This document shows, piece after piece, positions 49,487 through 58,531 of a DNA stretch of 64,000 bases; positions within the stretch are counted from its first letter, which is position 1; every line of letters starts with the position of its first letter. The position numbers were made by a program, and so were the translations under genes. A model generated the notes under the pieces. The model was not told where the DNA came from. It saw only the letters and a program-made list of their open reading frames with translations, and did not search any database. The DNA comes from an uncultured Verrucomicrobiae bacterium (lineage in GTDB: Bacteria > Verrucomicrobiota > Verrucomicrobiia > Opitutales > JABDGR01): contig CAVXVB010000008.1 in assembly GCA_963765205.1 (NCBI GenBank), positions 192,001-256,000 of the forward strand. Reading direction: 5' to 3'.

Positions 49487-51460
49487 CTAAACCTTCCCCG
49501 GTAGCGCCCTCGTCGAGATTTCGGTCTTCAGCAGCTCGCGCCAGTGGGCGAAGGGGAAGGTGCCCTCCATCGCTTTGTTGACGCGCGAGCGGGCGGAGAC
49601 CGCGCCGCTTTCCTTTTCCTTCGCGCCGAGCACGAGCATGTGCGGCACTTTCTCGACCTCGGCGCGGCGGATTTTCGCGCCGAGCTTGTCGGGATGCGCG
49701 TCCACCGTCGCGCGCACGCCGTCGGCCATGAGTTGCGCGGCGAGTTCGCGGGCGAAGGGCACGAGGTCGTCGTTGAGCGGCAGCAGGCGGGCCTGCTCGG
49801 GCGCGAGCCAGGTCGGAAAATTCCCCGCGAAGTGCTCGATGAGGAAGCCGATGAAGCGCTCGTGCGTGCCGAGCGGGGCGCGGTGGATGCACAGGGGCGT
49901 CTTCGCGCCGTTGTCGCGGTCGGTGTAAACCAGGCCGAAGCGCTTGGGCACGGCGAAGTCCACCTGGTTGGTGGCGAGGGTGAATTCCTTGCCGATGACG
50001 CTCCAGACCTGCACGTCAATTTTCGGCCCGTAGAACGCGGCCTCGTTGGGCACCTCGACGTAGTTGATGCCGCTGTTTTTGAGCACGTCGCGCACCATGT
50101 CCTCGGTCTGCTTCCACAATGCCGGCTCGTCCACGAATTTCTGGCCCAATTTCGCGGGGTCGTGCGTGGAGAAGCGCATGACATATTTCTCGATCCCGAA
50201 AATCTTGAAGTATTTCAGATACATTTCGTTGACCGCGTTGAACTCGGCGGCGAACTGCTCCGGCGTGCAATAGATATGCGCGTCGTTCATGTTCAGCGAG
50301 CGCACGCGCATCAGGCCGATCAACTCGCCCGACTGCTCGTAGCGGTAGCAGCAGCCGTATTCCGCGAGGCGCAGGGGCAGGTCGCGATAACTTTTGGGCG
50401 CCGCCGCATAGATGCGATGGTGATGCGGGCAGTTCATCGCTTTGAGGTAGTAGCTATGCGGCCCAAGAATTTGATTTATACTCTCATCAATCTTTTCGCA
50501 TTGTGACGTAGCAGCTTCGATTCTTTTGTCTAATTCGACATCAGAACTCTTCATAAGTTGAAGCTCGTAGCTTTGATTCATCAAGGCCTCCAGCTCCTGG
50601 CGCGACCGATATTCTTGAGCCTGTAATTTTGAATGCTGGCGACCATCATCGCTCGACAAATCTTTTTTGAGTACCATCGGCGGAAACATGCTTTCCGCGT
50701 AATACGGCAGGTGCCCGCTGGTTTTATACATGATCTCCTTGGCGATGTGCGGGGTGCGCACGCGGACGTAGCCGGCCTGGAATTCCGTTTCCTTGGCCAG
50801 TTCTTCGAGCGCCTCGATGATGGCGGTGCCTTTGGGCAGCCAGAGCGGGAGGCCGGGGCCGACGTATTCGGCGTCCATCGCGAAGAGGCCCATCTCGTGG
50901 CCGATTTTGCGGTGGTCGCGCTTTTTCGCCTCCTCCTGCATTTTGAGCCAGGCCTCGAGTTCCTCGCGGTTCGGGAAGGCGGTGCCGTAGATGCGCTGGA
51001 GCTGCGCGTTCTTCTCGTCGCCGCGGTGATACGCGCCGGCGATGGAGAGCAGCTTGAAGGCCTGAATTTTCGCCGTGCTGGCGACGTGGGTGCCCGCGCA
51101 CAGGTCCAGGAACTCGCCGTTTTTGTAAAAGGAAATCGCCTCGCCGACGGGGATGTCGGCCAGGCGGCCTGGCTTGTATTTGGTCTGGCCGGTGCTTTCG
51201 ATGAGTTTCAGGGCCTCCTCGCGCGAGACCTCGAGGCGCTCGAATTTTTGGTTTTCGCCGGCGATGCGGCGCATCTCCTTCTCGATTTTCTCCAAATCCT
51301 CGGGCGTGAACTTGTGGTCGAGGTCGAAGTCGTAGTAAAACCCGGTATCGGTCGGCGGCCCGATGTCGAGCTGCGCCTGCGGGAAGAGTCGCCGCACGGC
51401 TGCGCCCAGCACGTGCGCGGACGAATGCCGCAGTTCCTCAAGGGGAGTCATCTTCTTCAT
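49487..51460 (-). CDS. thrS: Threonine--tRNA ligase with an internal low-GC insertion
   Basis: RHSSAHVL, DLCAGTHV, RDHRKIG, KAMNCPHH, YRYEQSGEL, FYGPKID, IHRAPLG. No N-terminal TGS domain. Start 51460 or 51451. Confidence 0.97.
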   Translation of the reverse strand: MKKMTPLEELRHSSAHVLGAAVRRLFPQAQLDIGPPTDTGFYYDFDLDHKFTPEDLEKIEKEMRRIAGENQKFERLEVSREEALKLIESTGQTKYKPGRLADIPVGEAISFYKNGEFLDLCAGTHVASTAKIQAFKLLSIAGAYHRGDEKNAQLQRIYGTAFPNREELEAWLKMQEEAKKRDHRKIGHEMGLFAMDAEYVGPGLPLWLPKGTAIIEALEELAKETEFQAGYVRVRTPHIAKEIMYKTSGHLPYYAESMFPPMVLKKDLSSDDGRQHSKLQAQEYRSRQELEALMNQSYELQLMKSSDVELDKRIEAATSQCEKIDESINQILGPHSYYLKAMNCPHHHRIYAAAPKSYRDLPLRLAEYGCCYRYEQSGELIGLMRVRSLNMNDAHIYCTPEQFAAEFNAVNEMYLKYFKIFGIEKYVMRFSTHDPAKLGQKFVDEPALWKQTEDMVRDVLKNSGINYVEVPNEAAFYGPKIDVQVWSVIGKEFTLATNQVDFAVPKRFGLVYTDRDNGAKTPLCIHRAPLGTHERFIGFLIEHFAGNFPTWLAPEQARLLPLNDDLVPFARELAAQLMADGVRATVDAHPDKLGAKIRRAEVEKVPHMLVLGAKEKESGAVSARSRVNKAMEGTFPFAHWRELLKTEISTRALPGKV

Positions 51461-51536
51461 GGGAAACGGAAAAGATACCGCTTGCACGCGCCGGGGGGAA
51501 GGATTTTTTAAGTTGGCCCAAACACCGCCAGCCGGG

Positions 51537-51998
51537 TTATGGCAGCTTGGCCGGCAACACGGGCAGATGGGCGGCGGTGGCGAGCTGGCGCTGGTTCACA
51601 TCGAACGAGAGCAATGCGCTGGCCCGCAAATGCAGCGCGGCGGCGACGTGGAGCAGGTCGAACGAACGGCAGCCCGCGCTTTCCGTATGGCGCGCGGAAA
51701 GGCGTTCGGCTTCCGCCAGCACGGCTTCATGATCCAGGCTTTGGAATTGGAAAGCCCCCGTAGCGAGATTGTCGTCAAACGCGCACAAGACGGCTTCGGC
51801 TTGTTTGCGCGGAAAGCCCTGCTGGCGGTGGTGGGCGTGCCGGAAGACTTGCAGCCGGATGGCCTGGCGGAACTCAAACAGGTTCAGCCGCGAGAGCGCG
51901 CAAGGTTGCGCGGCGCCCGCGAGCACGGCCCGCGCCGGCGCCGAAAAACTTTGCGGGACATACAGCGGAATCAGGAACGACGTGTCCGGGTAAAGCAT
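51537..51998 (-). CDS. PIN-domain (VapC) toxin
   Basis: MLYPDTSFL, E in NLFEF, RSFDLLHVAAA, LSFDVNQ. Confidence 0.88.
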   Translation of the reverse strand: MLYPDTSFLIPLYVPQSFSAPARAVLAGAAQPCALSRLNLFEFRQAIRLQVFRHAHHRQQGFPRKQAEAVLCAFDDNLATGAFQFQSLDHEAVLAEAERLSARHTESAGCRSFDLLHVAAALHLRASALLSFDVNQRQLATAAHLPVLPAKLP

Positions 51999-52000
51999 GG

Positions 52001-52255
52001 TCAGCCTTCGTCTTCGTCGCGGGCGGCGCGGAGCATGGCCCGGGCCTCCGCGTCGTTGAACTGCCGGTCGCCCCAGAGGCGTTTCAGTTGGGCGGCAAAG
52101 TCCACGGCGCCCCCGCGTTTTCCTTGCGCGGGCGCGGGCACCAGCGACGCCACATGCACGCCGTGCTTGGTGATGGCGACCGGCTCGCCCTGGCGGAGCC
52201 AGGCTTCGAGTTTGGGAAAGCGGGTGCGCAAGTCCCGGATGGCGGCGGTTCTCAT
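52001..52255 (-). CDS. Phd/YefM-family antitoxin
   Basis: MRTAAIRDLRTRF...GEPVAITKHGVHVASLVP, 2 nt upstream of the PIN gene. Confidence 0.88.
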   Translation of the reverse strand: MRTAAIRDLRTRFPKLEAWLRQGEPVAITKHGVHVASLVPAPAQGKRGGAVDFAAQLKRLWGDRQFNDAEARAMLRAARDEDEG

Positions 52256-52369
52256 GTGAATCAAAGTAGGGTTCACAGGGTGGAAAGTCAAGTTGGGAAA
52301 ACCGGCGCATAAACACTGCTGCTCCGACCTTGCCACCCTGCCGCAATCGCATAGGCTTTGACCTTTTCC

Positions 52370-53662
52370 ATGAGCGCCACTGCCACCCAAGCCAGGCCCA
52401 AGCCGCCCAAAGCGCGCGGGAACCGTCCCTCCGAAGCTCCGCCGAACGGAGCGCAGGGGGGCAAAGAATCCCTGCCCGATGCGCGAGGGCATTTTGGCGT
52501 TTACGGCGGTATGTTTGTGCCGGAGACGCTCATGACGCCGTTGCTTGATCTTGAAAAGGCCTATTGCGCCGCGCGTGACGATGCCGCGTTTCAACAGGAA
52601 TTCGCCGGGTTGCTCAAAAATTTCGCCGGGCGGCCGACGGGGCTTTATTTCGCCGAACGCCTGACCAACCACCTCGGCGGCGCGAAAATTTACCTCAAGC
52701 GCGAGGACACGCTCCACACCGGCGCGCACAAGATCAACAACGTCCTCGGCCAGGCGCTGCTCGCGCGGCGCATGGGCAAGACGCGCGTCATCGCCGAAAC
52801 CGGCGCGGGCCAGCACGGCACGGCCACCGCCGCCGTCGCCGCCAAATTCGGCCTCGAATGCGTCATTTACATGGGCGCGGAGGACATGCGGCGCCAGGCG
52901 CTCAACGGTTTCCGCATGAAGCTGATGGGCGCGACCGTCCACGGCGTCGAGGTTGGGCAAAAGACGCTCAAGGAAGCGGTCAACGAAGCGATGCGCGACT
53001 GGGTGGCGAACGTGCGCACGACGCACTACATCCTCGGCACCGCCTATGGCGCGCATCCGTATCCGATGATGGTGCGTGATTTTCACCGCGTCATCGGTCG
53101 CGAGGCCCGCGCGCAAATCCTCGCCGCCGAGGGCCGCCTGCCGGACGAGATCGTCGCCTGTGTCGGCGGCGGCAGCAACGCCATCGGCCTGTTTTTCGAA
53201 TTTCTCGAGGAGGCCAGCGTCAAGCTCACCGGCATCGAGGCCGGCGGGCGCGGGATTAAACCGGGCGAGCACGCCGCGCGCTTCGCCGGCGGCAAGCTCG
53301 GCGTGCTGCAAGGCTGCCTGACGTATTTGCTGCAAAGCGCCGACGGGCAAATCCTCGGCACTCATTCCGTCTCTGCCGGGCTGGACTACGCGGCCGTCGG
53401 GCCGGAGCACGCCTATTACCACGACCGCGGCCGCATCCACTACGGCTACGCGACCGACGTGGAGACCCTCGCCGCCTTCCAACTCCTCTGCCGGCTCGAA
53501 GGCATCATCCCCGCGCTGGAAAGCACGCACGCCCTCGCCTACGCCGTGCAGCGCGCCCCGCAAATGCGCCGCGACGAAATCCTCCTCGTCAACCTCTCCG
53601 GCCGCGGGGACAAAGACGTTCAAGAAGTGGCCCGAATTTTAGGTGGATCGGAACCGAAATAA
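52370..53662 (+). CDS. trpB: Tryptophan synthase beta chain
   Basis: [52 protein letters not shown]. Confidence 0.97.
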   Translation: MSATATQARPKPPKARGNRPSEAPPNGAQGGKESLPDARGHFGVYGGMFVPETLMTPLLDLEKAYCAARDDAAFQQEFAGLLKNFAGRPTGLYFAERLTNHLGGAKIYLKREDTLHTGAHKINNVLGQALLARRMGKTRVIAETGAGQHGTATAAVAAKFGLECVIYMGAEDMRRQALNGFRMKLMGATVHGVEVGQKTLKEAVNEAMRDWVANVRTTHYILGTAYGAHPYPMMVRDFHRVIGREARAQILAAEGRLPDEIVACVGGGSNAIGLFFEFLEEASVKLTGIEAGGRGIKPGEHAARFAGGKLGVLQGCLTYLLQSADGQILGTHSVSAGLDYAAVGPEHAYYHDRGRIHYGYATDVETLAAFQLLCRLEGIIPALESTHALAYAVQRAPQMRRDEILLVNLSGRGDKDVQEVARILGGSEPK

Positions 53663-53667
53663 TTATT

Positions 53668-53750
53668 AACCACGGAGAACACGGAGGACACGGAGAAATA
53701 TAGCTTGTAAAAATCCCCCCTCCGTGCCCTCTGTGTTCTCCGTGTTTCAA
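53668..53750. repeat. CACGGAG-type inverted repeat
   Basis: aaccacggagaacacggaggacacggag ... ctccgtgccctctgtgttctccgtgttt. Confidence 0.85.
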
Positions 53751-53761
53751 TTCTTAATTTT

Positions 53762-54652
53762 ATGTTAAGCATGACTGGCTATGGTGGTGGAGTTGCCGCG
53801 CTGCCTGGTGCGGCCGCCCGCGAAGTTTTCGTCGAGGTCTCCTCGGTCAACCGCAAGGGCCTCGAGCTCTCGGTGTCGCTCCCGCGCGAATGGAACGCGC
53901 TCGAAGGCCCCCTCAGCGAACTGGCCAAGGCGCGGCTGCACCGCGGCGCCGTGCGGCTCAGCGTCACCCTGCGTATGACGACGGCACAAACTCCCGGCGC
54001 CCCCGGCCTGCAATGGGACGACGCGGCGCTGCAAAGGGAATTCGACCAGGCGCGGATTCTGGCCGACCGCTTCGACGTGCCGTTCACGCCCGACCTCAAT
54101 CTGCTCCTGCGCCTCGCCCAAAGCACCCAATGCGAAGCCCCGCCCTCCGCCGACGAGGCAAAAGCAGCCGTCGAGCAAGCCGTCGCCGCCGCGCTCGCGC
54201 AATTGACCGCCGCGCGCGGGCGCGAGGGCGAGGCCCTGCGCCGCGACCTCGCCGCGCGCACGGGGCTGCTGAAAAAAATCTGCGCGGAACTCGCGCCGCT
54301 CGCGCCCGCCTCGGTCGCCCGTTACCGCGAAGGGCTGCACGCCCGCCTCGCACAAATCGGGCTGGCCATTGACCTGAATGATGAGCGCGTCCTGCGCGAA
54401 ATCGCCCTCTTTGCCGACCGCTGCGACATCAGCGAGGAACTCACGCGCCTGGCCAGCCACCTCGACCAGTTTGAAAAAATCCTCGCGGAAGACGGCCCCG
54501 CCGGGCGCAAGCTCGATTTCCTCTGCCAGGAAATCCACCGCGAGTTCAACACCGTCGGCAGCAAAGCCCAGCACCTCGACATCACCCGCCGCGTCCTCGA
54601 CGCCAAAAACGAATTGGAGCGCATCCGCGAGCAGGTGCAGAATGTGGAGTAG
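53762..54652 (+). CDS. yicC: YicC/YloC-family endoribonuclease
   Basis: MLSMTGYG, SVNRK, DISEELTRL, GRKLDFLCQEIHREFNT, EQVQNVE. Confidence 0.94.
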   Translation: MLSMTGYGGGVAALPGAAAREVFVEVSSVNRKGLELSVSLPREWNALEGPLSELAKARLHRGAVRLSVTLRMTTAQTPGAPGLQWDDAALQREFDQARILADRFDVPFTPDLNLLLRLAQSTQCEAPPSADEAKAAVEQAVAAALAQLTAARGREGEALRRDLAARTGLLKKICAELAPLAPASVARYREGLHARLAQIGLAIDLNDERVLREIALFADRCDISEELTRLASHLDQFEKILAEDGPAGRKLDFLCQEIHREFNTVGSKAQHLDITRRVLDAKNELERIREQVQNVE

Positions 54653-54725
54653 GAAAGTGAAATTACGAAATTCGAATTACGAATTGCGAAACGAAAGATT
54701 CTAAAATCAGAATTTTCAACCCAAG

Positions 54726-56117
54726 TTATGGCGAGCGGCCAGGAGCCGGTGGGGGCGGTGGGGCCGGGACGGAGCTGTTTCCTGCGTCAACCGATTTTAT
54801 ATACCATCGGCCGTTGATTTTGATAAGGGTTTGGGTAGCTTGAATTCCTAAACCACCACCGTGGGCAGTAGGATACGTAAATAGGTAGGTTGCTTCGTCG
54901 CCAGCGGCGTTATAGGTCGGGGTCTGGTCTTCAAGGGCCTCCCAAGCTTGCGCCGCGTCTTGCGCTGTGGGGTTGCTAATGAATTCCGGGTTAATGCCGA
55001 GAGCCGCCATCTGCTGGTCAGCCTCTTGTATTCCTTGTATAGTCTGGGGGCCGATTTTTGCCCATTCATCCGGCGGCGTGAAAGTTTGCCAGAACGTCAC
55101 CAGATCGTTGTCCCGGTATAAACGCACGATGTAGGGTATGACGGTTTTCAAATCGGCTTGGGGATCGGCGGCGGCGGCTGGAGACGGAGTGACGTCCGGT
55201 AACGTGGCGACGGGTGTTGCCGGGGGCACTTTAGGTGGTTCGACTTGGTTTGCCGCGAGCAAGGGTGTCGCTGGATTTACGGTCGGCGCGGAGACATTTA
55301 CTAATGCCCCGGTGGATAATGGCGTGGGCGCGCGATGGGCAAGAATCGCTACCGTGATTCCCACGAGGGCGACCACCGCCGCCAATCCTTGGACAAGTTT
55401 TGACGTAATCATGGTTTTGAGGGAGGTGAGGATTAAAGTCAGGATGCTCATGGCCGCCGCGCCGCTCAGGGCGAGGTCGGAGATGGTCGCCGCCCACTCC
55501 GGCGCGACGACGGCGGCGGGGCTGGCTTCGAGCGTCGTGCCGAGCGCGGCGGCGGAACCGACCGTCACGCCGGAGCGGACGAGCAAGCCGCGCAATTTTT
55601 CCAGCGCGCGGGTTACGCGTTTTTGCGCGGCGTCTTCGCTGGAGCCGAGGGCGCGGCCGACGCTCCGCAGGTCGCGCTGTTCCAGATAGCGCAGCACGAG
55701 GGCGTCGCGGTCGGCGGGTTCGAGCTGGTTGAGCGCGTCATCGAGCACGGGGGCGAGTTGTACCCAGGGCGCATCCGGACCAGAATTTTCGTTTACGGCA
55801 TTGATTTCCATGGCAGTCCTTTCCCGCGCGCGGCGGCGGTGTTCGGCGCGCGCGGTGTTGAGCGCGAGATAACAAGTGTGCCGGTGCAGCCAGCCGCCCA
55901 GCACGACGCCCGCGGGCAGAGAGGGGGCCTGCTTCGCCAAATCGGTGAACACGTTCTGCGTCACGTCCTCCGCCAGATGCGGAGCCGGGGCCAGGATGCG
56001 CCGCGCGGTGCCGTGGACCATGCCGAGGTGACGCCGCACCAGCTCCCGAAACGCCGCTTCGGAGCCGGCGGCATAGTACCGCAGCAAATCGGCGTCCTCG
56101 GTCGGCAGGTCATGCAT
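54726..56117 (-). CDS. ECF sigma factor with TM helix and C-terminal extracytoplasmic extension
   Basis: DADLLRYY...SEAAFRELVRRH, AEDVTQNVF, GWLH, region 4 VLRY...AAQKRVTRALEKLR, TM at ~aa 245-265. Confidence 0.9.
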   Translation of the reverse strand: MHDLPTEDADLLRYYAAGSEAAFRELVRRHLGMVHGTARRILAPAPHLAEDVTQNVFTDLAKQAPSLPAGVVLGGWLHRHTCYLALNTARAEHRRRARERTAMEINAVNENSGPDAPWVQLAPVLDDALNQLEPADRDALVLRYLEQRDLRSVGRALGSSEDAAQKRVTRALEKLRGLLVRSGVTVGSAAALGTTLEASPAAVVAPEWAATISDLALSGAAAMSILTLILTSLKTMITSKLVQGLAAVVALVGITVAILAHRAPTPLSTGALVNVSAPTVNPATPLLAANQVEPPKVPPATPVATLPDVTPSPAAAADPQADLKTVIPYIVRLYRDNDLVTFWQTFTPPDEWAKIGPQTIQGIQEADQQMAALGINPEFISNPTAQDAAQAWEALEDQTPTYNAAGDEATYLFTYPTAHGGGLGIQATQTLIKINGRWYIKSVDAGNSSVPAPPPPPAPGRSP

Positions 56118-56161
56118 CTTACCCTATAAAGAACCGCCCAGCCGGAAAATCCGACAAAAAA

Positions 56162-56241
56162 TTCACCGCCAAGGCGCCAAGAGCGCAAAGGAGGTTTTTG
56201 CGCTAAAATCACCCTGCGCATCCTTCGCGCCTTCGCGGTAA
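56162..56241. repeat. CGCCAAG/CGCAAAG-type inverted repeat
   Basis: ttcaccgccaaggcgccaagagcgcaaag ... tgcgcatccttcgcgccttcgcggtaa. Confidence 0.78.
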
Positions 56242-56258
56242 TAAAGAGATTGCTCCAC

Positions 56259-57668
56259 TCAACCCCCTCCGCCGCCTCCACCCGCGCCACGGCCGCCGCC
56301 GCCTCCACCCGCCGGAGCCGCGCCCGCCGACGCCCAAGGCGCGGTGCGGTTGGCGTTGGTCGTAAAATTAGCGCCCATGCGGCGGGCCATGCGGTTGAGC
56401 GCCTGCGGGTTGTCCGTCGGGAGCGTGGACAGCCATTGCGCCTGGTCGGGAGAAATTTGGTTCGAGGCAATCGCCGCCTGCAGCCCCGCCGTGTCCCCGC
56501 TGGCCAACATGCGGATGGCGACGGAGCCGATGGCCTTGTCGCGTTCGGTTGGGTCGGTGATCTGGGCGCTCCACGTCAGCGCCGTGGCCGAATCCACATT
56601 GCGCGCCTGCGCGGCGAAAGTGGCCACCGCCTGGTCGGTCGCGGGCGAGGGCGGGAGGGTGTTGAGGAAGGCCGCCGAGCCGTCGAGGTCGTAGCGCGAC
56701 CACGAGCGCATCGCGTCGGCCAGAATCGTGCCCGAAGGCTGCCCGGAACTGGCGGAGATGTTGGCGTCCAACTGCGCCGCCCAGACGGCGGCCGCCTGCG
56801 GGTCGTCGCGCGCCCACGAGCGGGCCAGTTGCGCGGCGTCGGCCGTTTGCTGGGCGGGGTCGGAGAGGTTGGCGACGTATTGCGAGGCGCTGGCCGGGTC
56901 GAGCTGCGCCCATTGGTTCATCAGCTCGTTGTTGGCGGTGGTCTGTTGCGCCGCCGGCAGGGTGGCAAACATCGCCAGCGCGCCGGTGAAATTGCCGCTA
57001 TTGGCAAAGGCGTCCGCGATGGCGTTGAGGCCCTGGCGCTGGATTTGCGCGCTGGCGGGAAGACTCGGGTCGAGGCCCTGGAGAAAGGACATGGCGGTCG
57101 CCGGGTCGTTGGCGGCCAAGCCCTGGATGGCGTCGCGGTAGCGCTGGGCGAGCATCGGGGCCGGCAGCGCCTCGGTGGAATCCGTGATGAATGCAATGGC
57201 GGCCTTCGGGTCGGTGGTGCCGAGGGCCTTGAGCGCGTCACCCACGCCGGCTTCGCGCACGCGGGGGTCGGTGACCTTGGTGTAATCCTTGAGATAAGCA
57301 TTGGGGTCGCGCGCGGCCCACGAGGCGATCATGGCGGCCATCATCGCGTCGCGCGGCTGGCCGTCCGCCATCTTCTGCAACTCGTCCAGAATCCCCGGAC
57401 ACTCGGACGGGTCGAGGCCATCTGCCCAGGCCTTGAGCGAGTCCGCGTCGGGCCGGCCCTTCGAGTTCATCAGGTCCTTGGTCGAGGGCACCGGCTGGGC
57501 GGCGGAGTTCAGGGTGATGGAAACGCCGTGCTCGGTCAGGGCTTTGCCGCGGCCGGTGACGGGTTTATTATTGCTTGCGCCGTGGTTGACGCCGATCCAA
57601 TACGCCGTGCCACTGCTGACGCACCAAACGGCCAGCGCGAGCAGGATTTTTAATTTGGGGGATTTCAT
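56259..57668 (-). CDS. Secreted/membrane-anchored helical-repeat hypothetical protein
   Basis: N-terminal hydrophobic segment, repeated W-A-x-x-D-P-x-A-A units, Gly-rich tail. Start MKSPKL at 57668. Confidence 0.8.
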   Translation of the reverse strand: MKSPKLKILLALAVWCVSSGTAYWIGVNHGASNNKPVTGRGKALTEHGVSITLNSAAQPVPSTKDLMNSKGRPDADSLKAWADGLDPSECPGILDELQKMADGQPRDAMMAAMIASWAARDPNAYLKDYTKVTDPRVREAGVGDALKALGTTDPKAAIAFITDSTEALPAPMLAQRYRDAIQGLAANDPATAMSFLQGLDPSLPASAQIQRQGLNAIADAFANSGNFTGALAMFATLPAAQQTTANNELMNQWAQLDPASASQYVANLSDPAQQTADAAQLARSWARDDPQAAAVWAAQLDANISASSGQPSGTILADAMRSWSRYDLDGSAAFLNTLPPSPATDQAVATFAAQARNVDSATALTWSAQITDPTERDKAIGSVAIRMLASGDTAGLQAAIASNQISPDQAQWLSTLPTDNPQALNRMARRMGANFTTNANRTAPWASAGAAPAGGGGGGRGAGGGGGGG

Positions 57669-58151
57669 GGGGGTAAGTGCGGGTTTATGGAAGACGGAAA
57701 ATGGAAGATGGAAAAGCCCGAACGCGGTATTGGGGCAGGGCAAAACTGGGGGGAAGCTACCACCCCAAAACAGTGTAACCCGCGTGCAGGCTCCCAAGTT
57801 GCGGCAAATTTCACCTTTCGTCAAACGGAAGCTATTAAACCAAAAAAACGCCCATGAAACCACGGATTTCACGGATGAGCCGATAACCAAGCGGATGGAG
57901 AAGGTTAGGACGTGGCCCAGTTTGGACGTGCCGGCCGGCCAGTCGTGACGCGGTGGCTACACTCCCTTTTACCCACTTGCGTTTAGTGATTGATATAGGG
58001 GCGTTTGCGAAAGAATGGAGGGTTTTGCGGATACCTATGGGCCAAGTGAGTGGGAACAAACCGTAGGCCACCCTTAAGCCCGTCGCCACCCGGATAAAAC
58101 AACATTAAACAGCATGAGCCAACGCCACCCTAAAAGGCAATAGCCGGTCGG

Positions 58152-58529
58152 TTAAGGTTCCTTGGCCGGCAACATTTTATTAATCGCAGTGACCAGTTCA
58201 TCATTGGAAAAAGGCTTGGCCAGAACGTATTTGGCGCCCAATTGCTCGGCGGTTTTTAAATAATTTGTCGCGGTCCCACGTCCCCCTCCGGACATCGCGA
58301 TAATTTTAACTTCCGGCCATTTTTTTCTCAATTCAATGATGGTTTCGATTCCCTCCTTCTCCGGCATAATGAGGTCGGTGAACACCAAATCGGCCGGAGC
58401 GCTGGCATAGCGGGCCAGACCCTCCTTGCCATTGGGCGCTTCCGTAACGGTGTGACCCAATTGCTCCAAATTTTCGCGAAGCATGGGGCGAAATGACTCG
58501 TCGTCATCAATGATGAGCAAATGGGCCAT
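58152..58529 (-). CDS. Single-domain response regulator
   Basis: LLIIDDD, TDLIMPEKEG, AMSGGG, LAKPF. Confidence 0.92.
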   Translation of the reverse strand: MAHLLIIDDDESFRPMLRENLEQLGHTVTEAPNGKEGLARYASAPADLVFTDLIMPEKEGIETIIELRKKWPEVKIIAMSGGGRGTATNYLKTAEQLGAKYVLAKPFSNDELVTAINKMLPAKEP

Positions 58530-58531
58530 AT

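Noticed and set aside
50453..50674. Intein or self-splicing intron in thrS
   Set aside because: Too short, lacks intein terminal residues and splicing blocks, and the frame is open with no group I/II features.
51461..51536. T-box leader for thrS
   Set aside because: Only ~75 bp separate thrS from the upstream PIN gene, and there is no T-box consensus.
21046..53750. CACGGAG repeats as a CRISPR array
   Set aside because: Copies are dispersed inverted repeats with 2-nt spacers, not 23-47-nt direct repeats with unique spacers. No cas genes are present.
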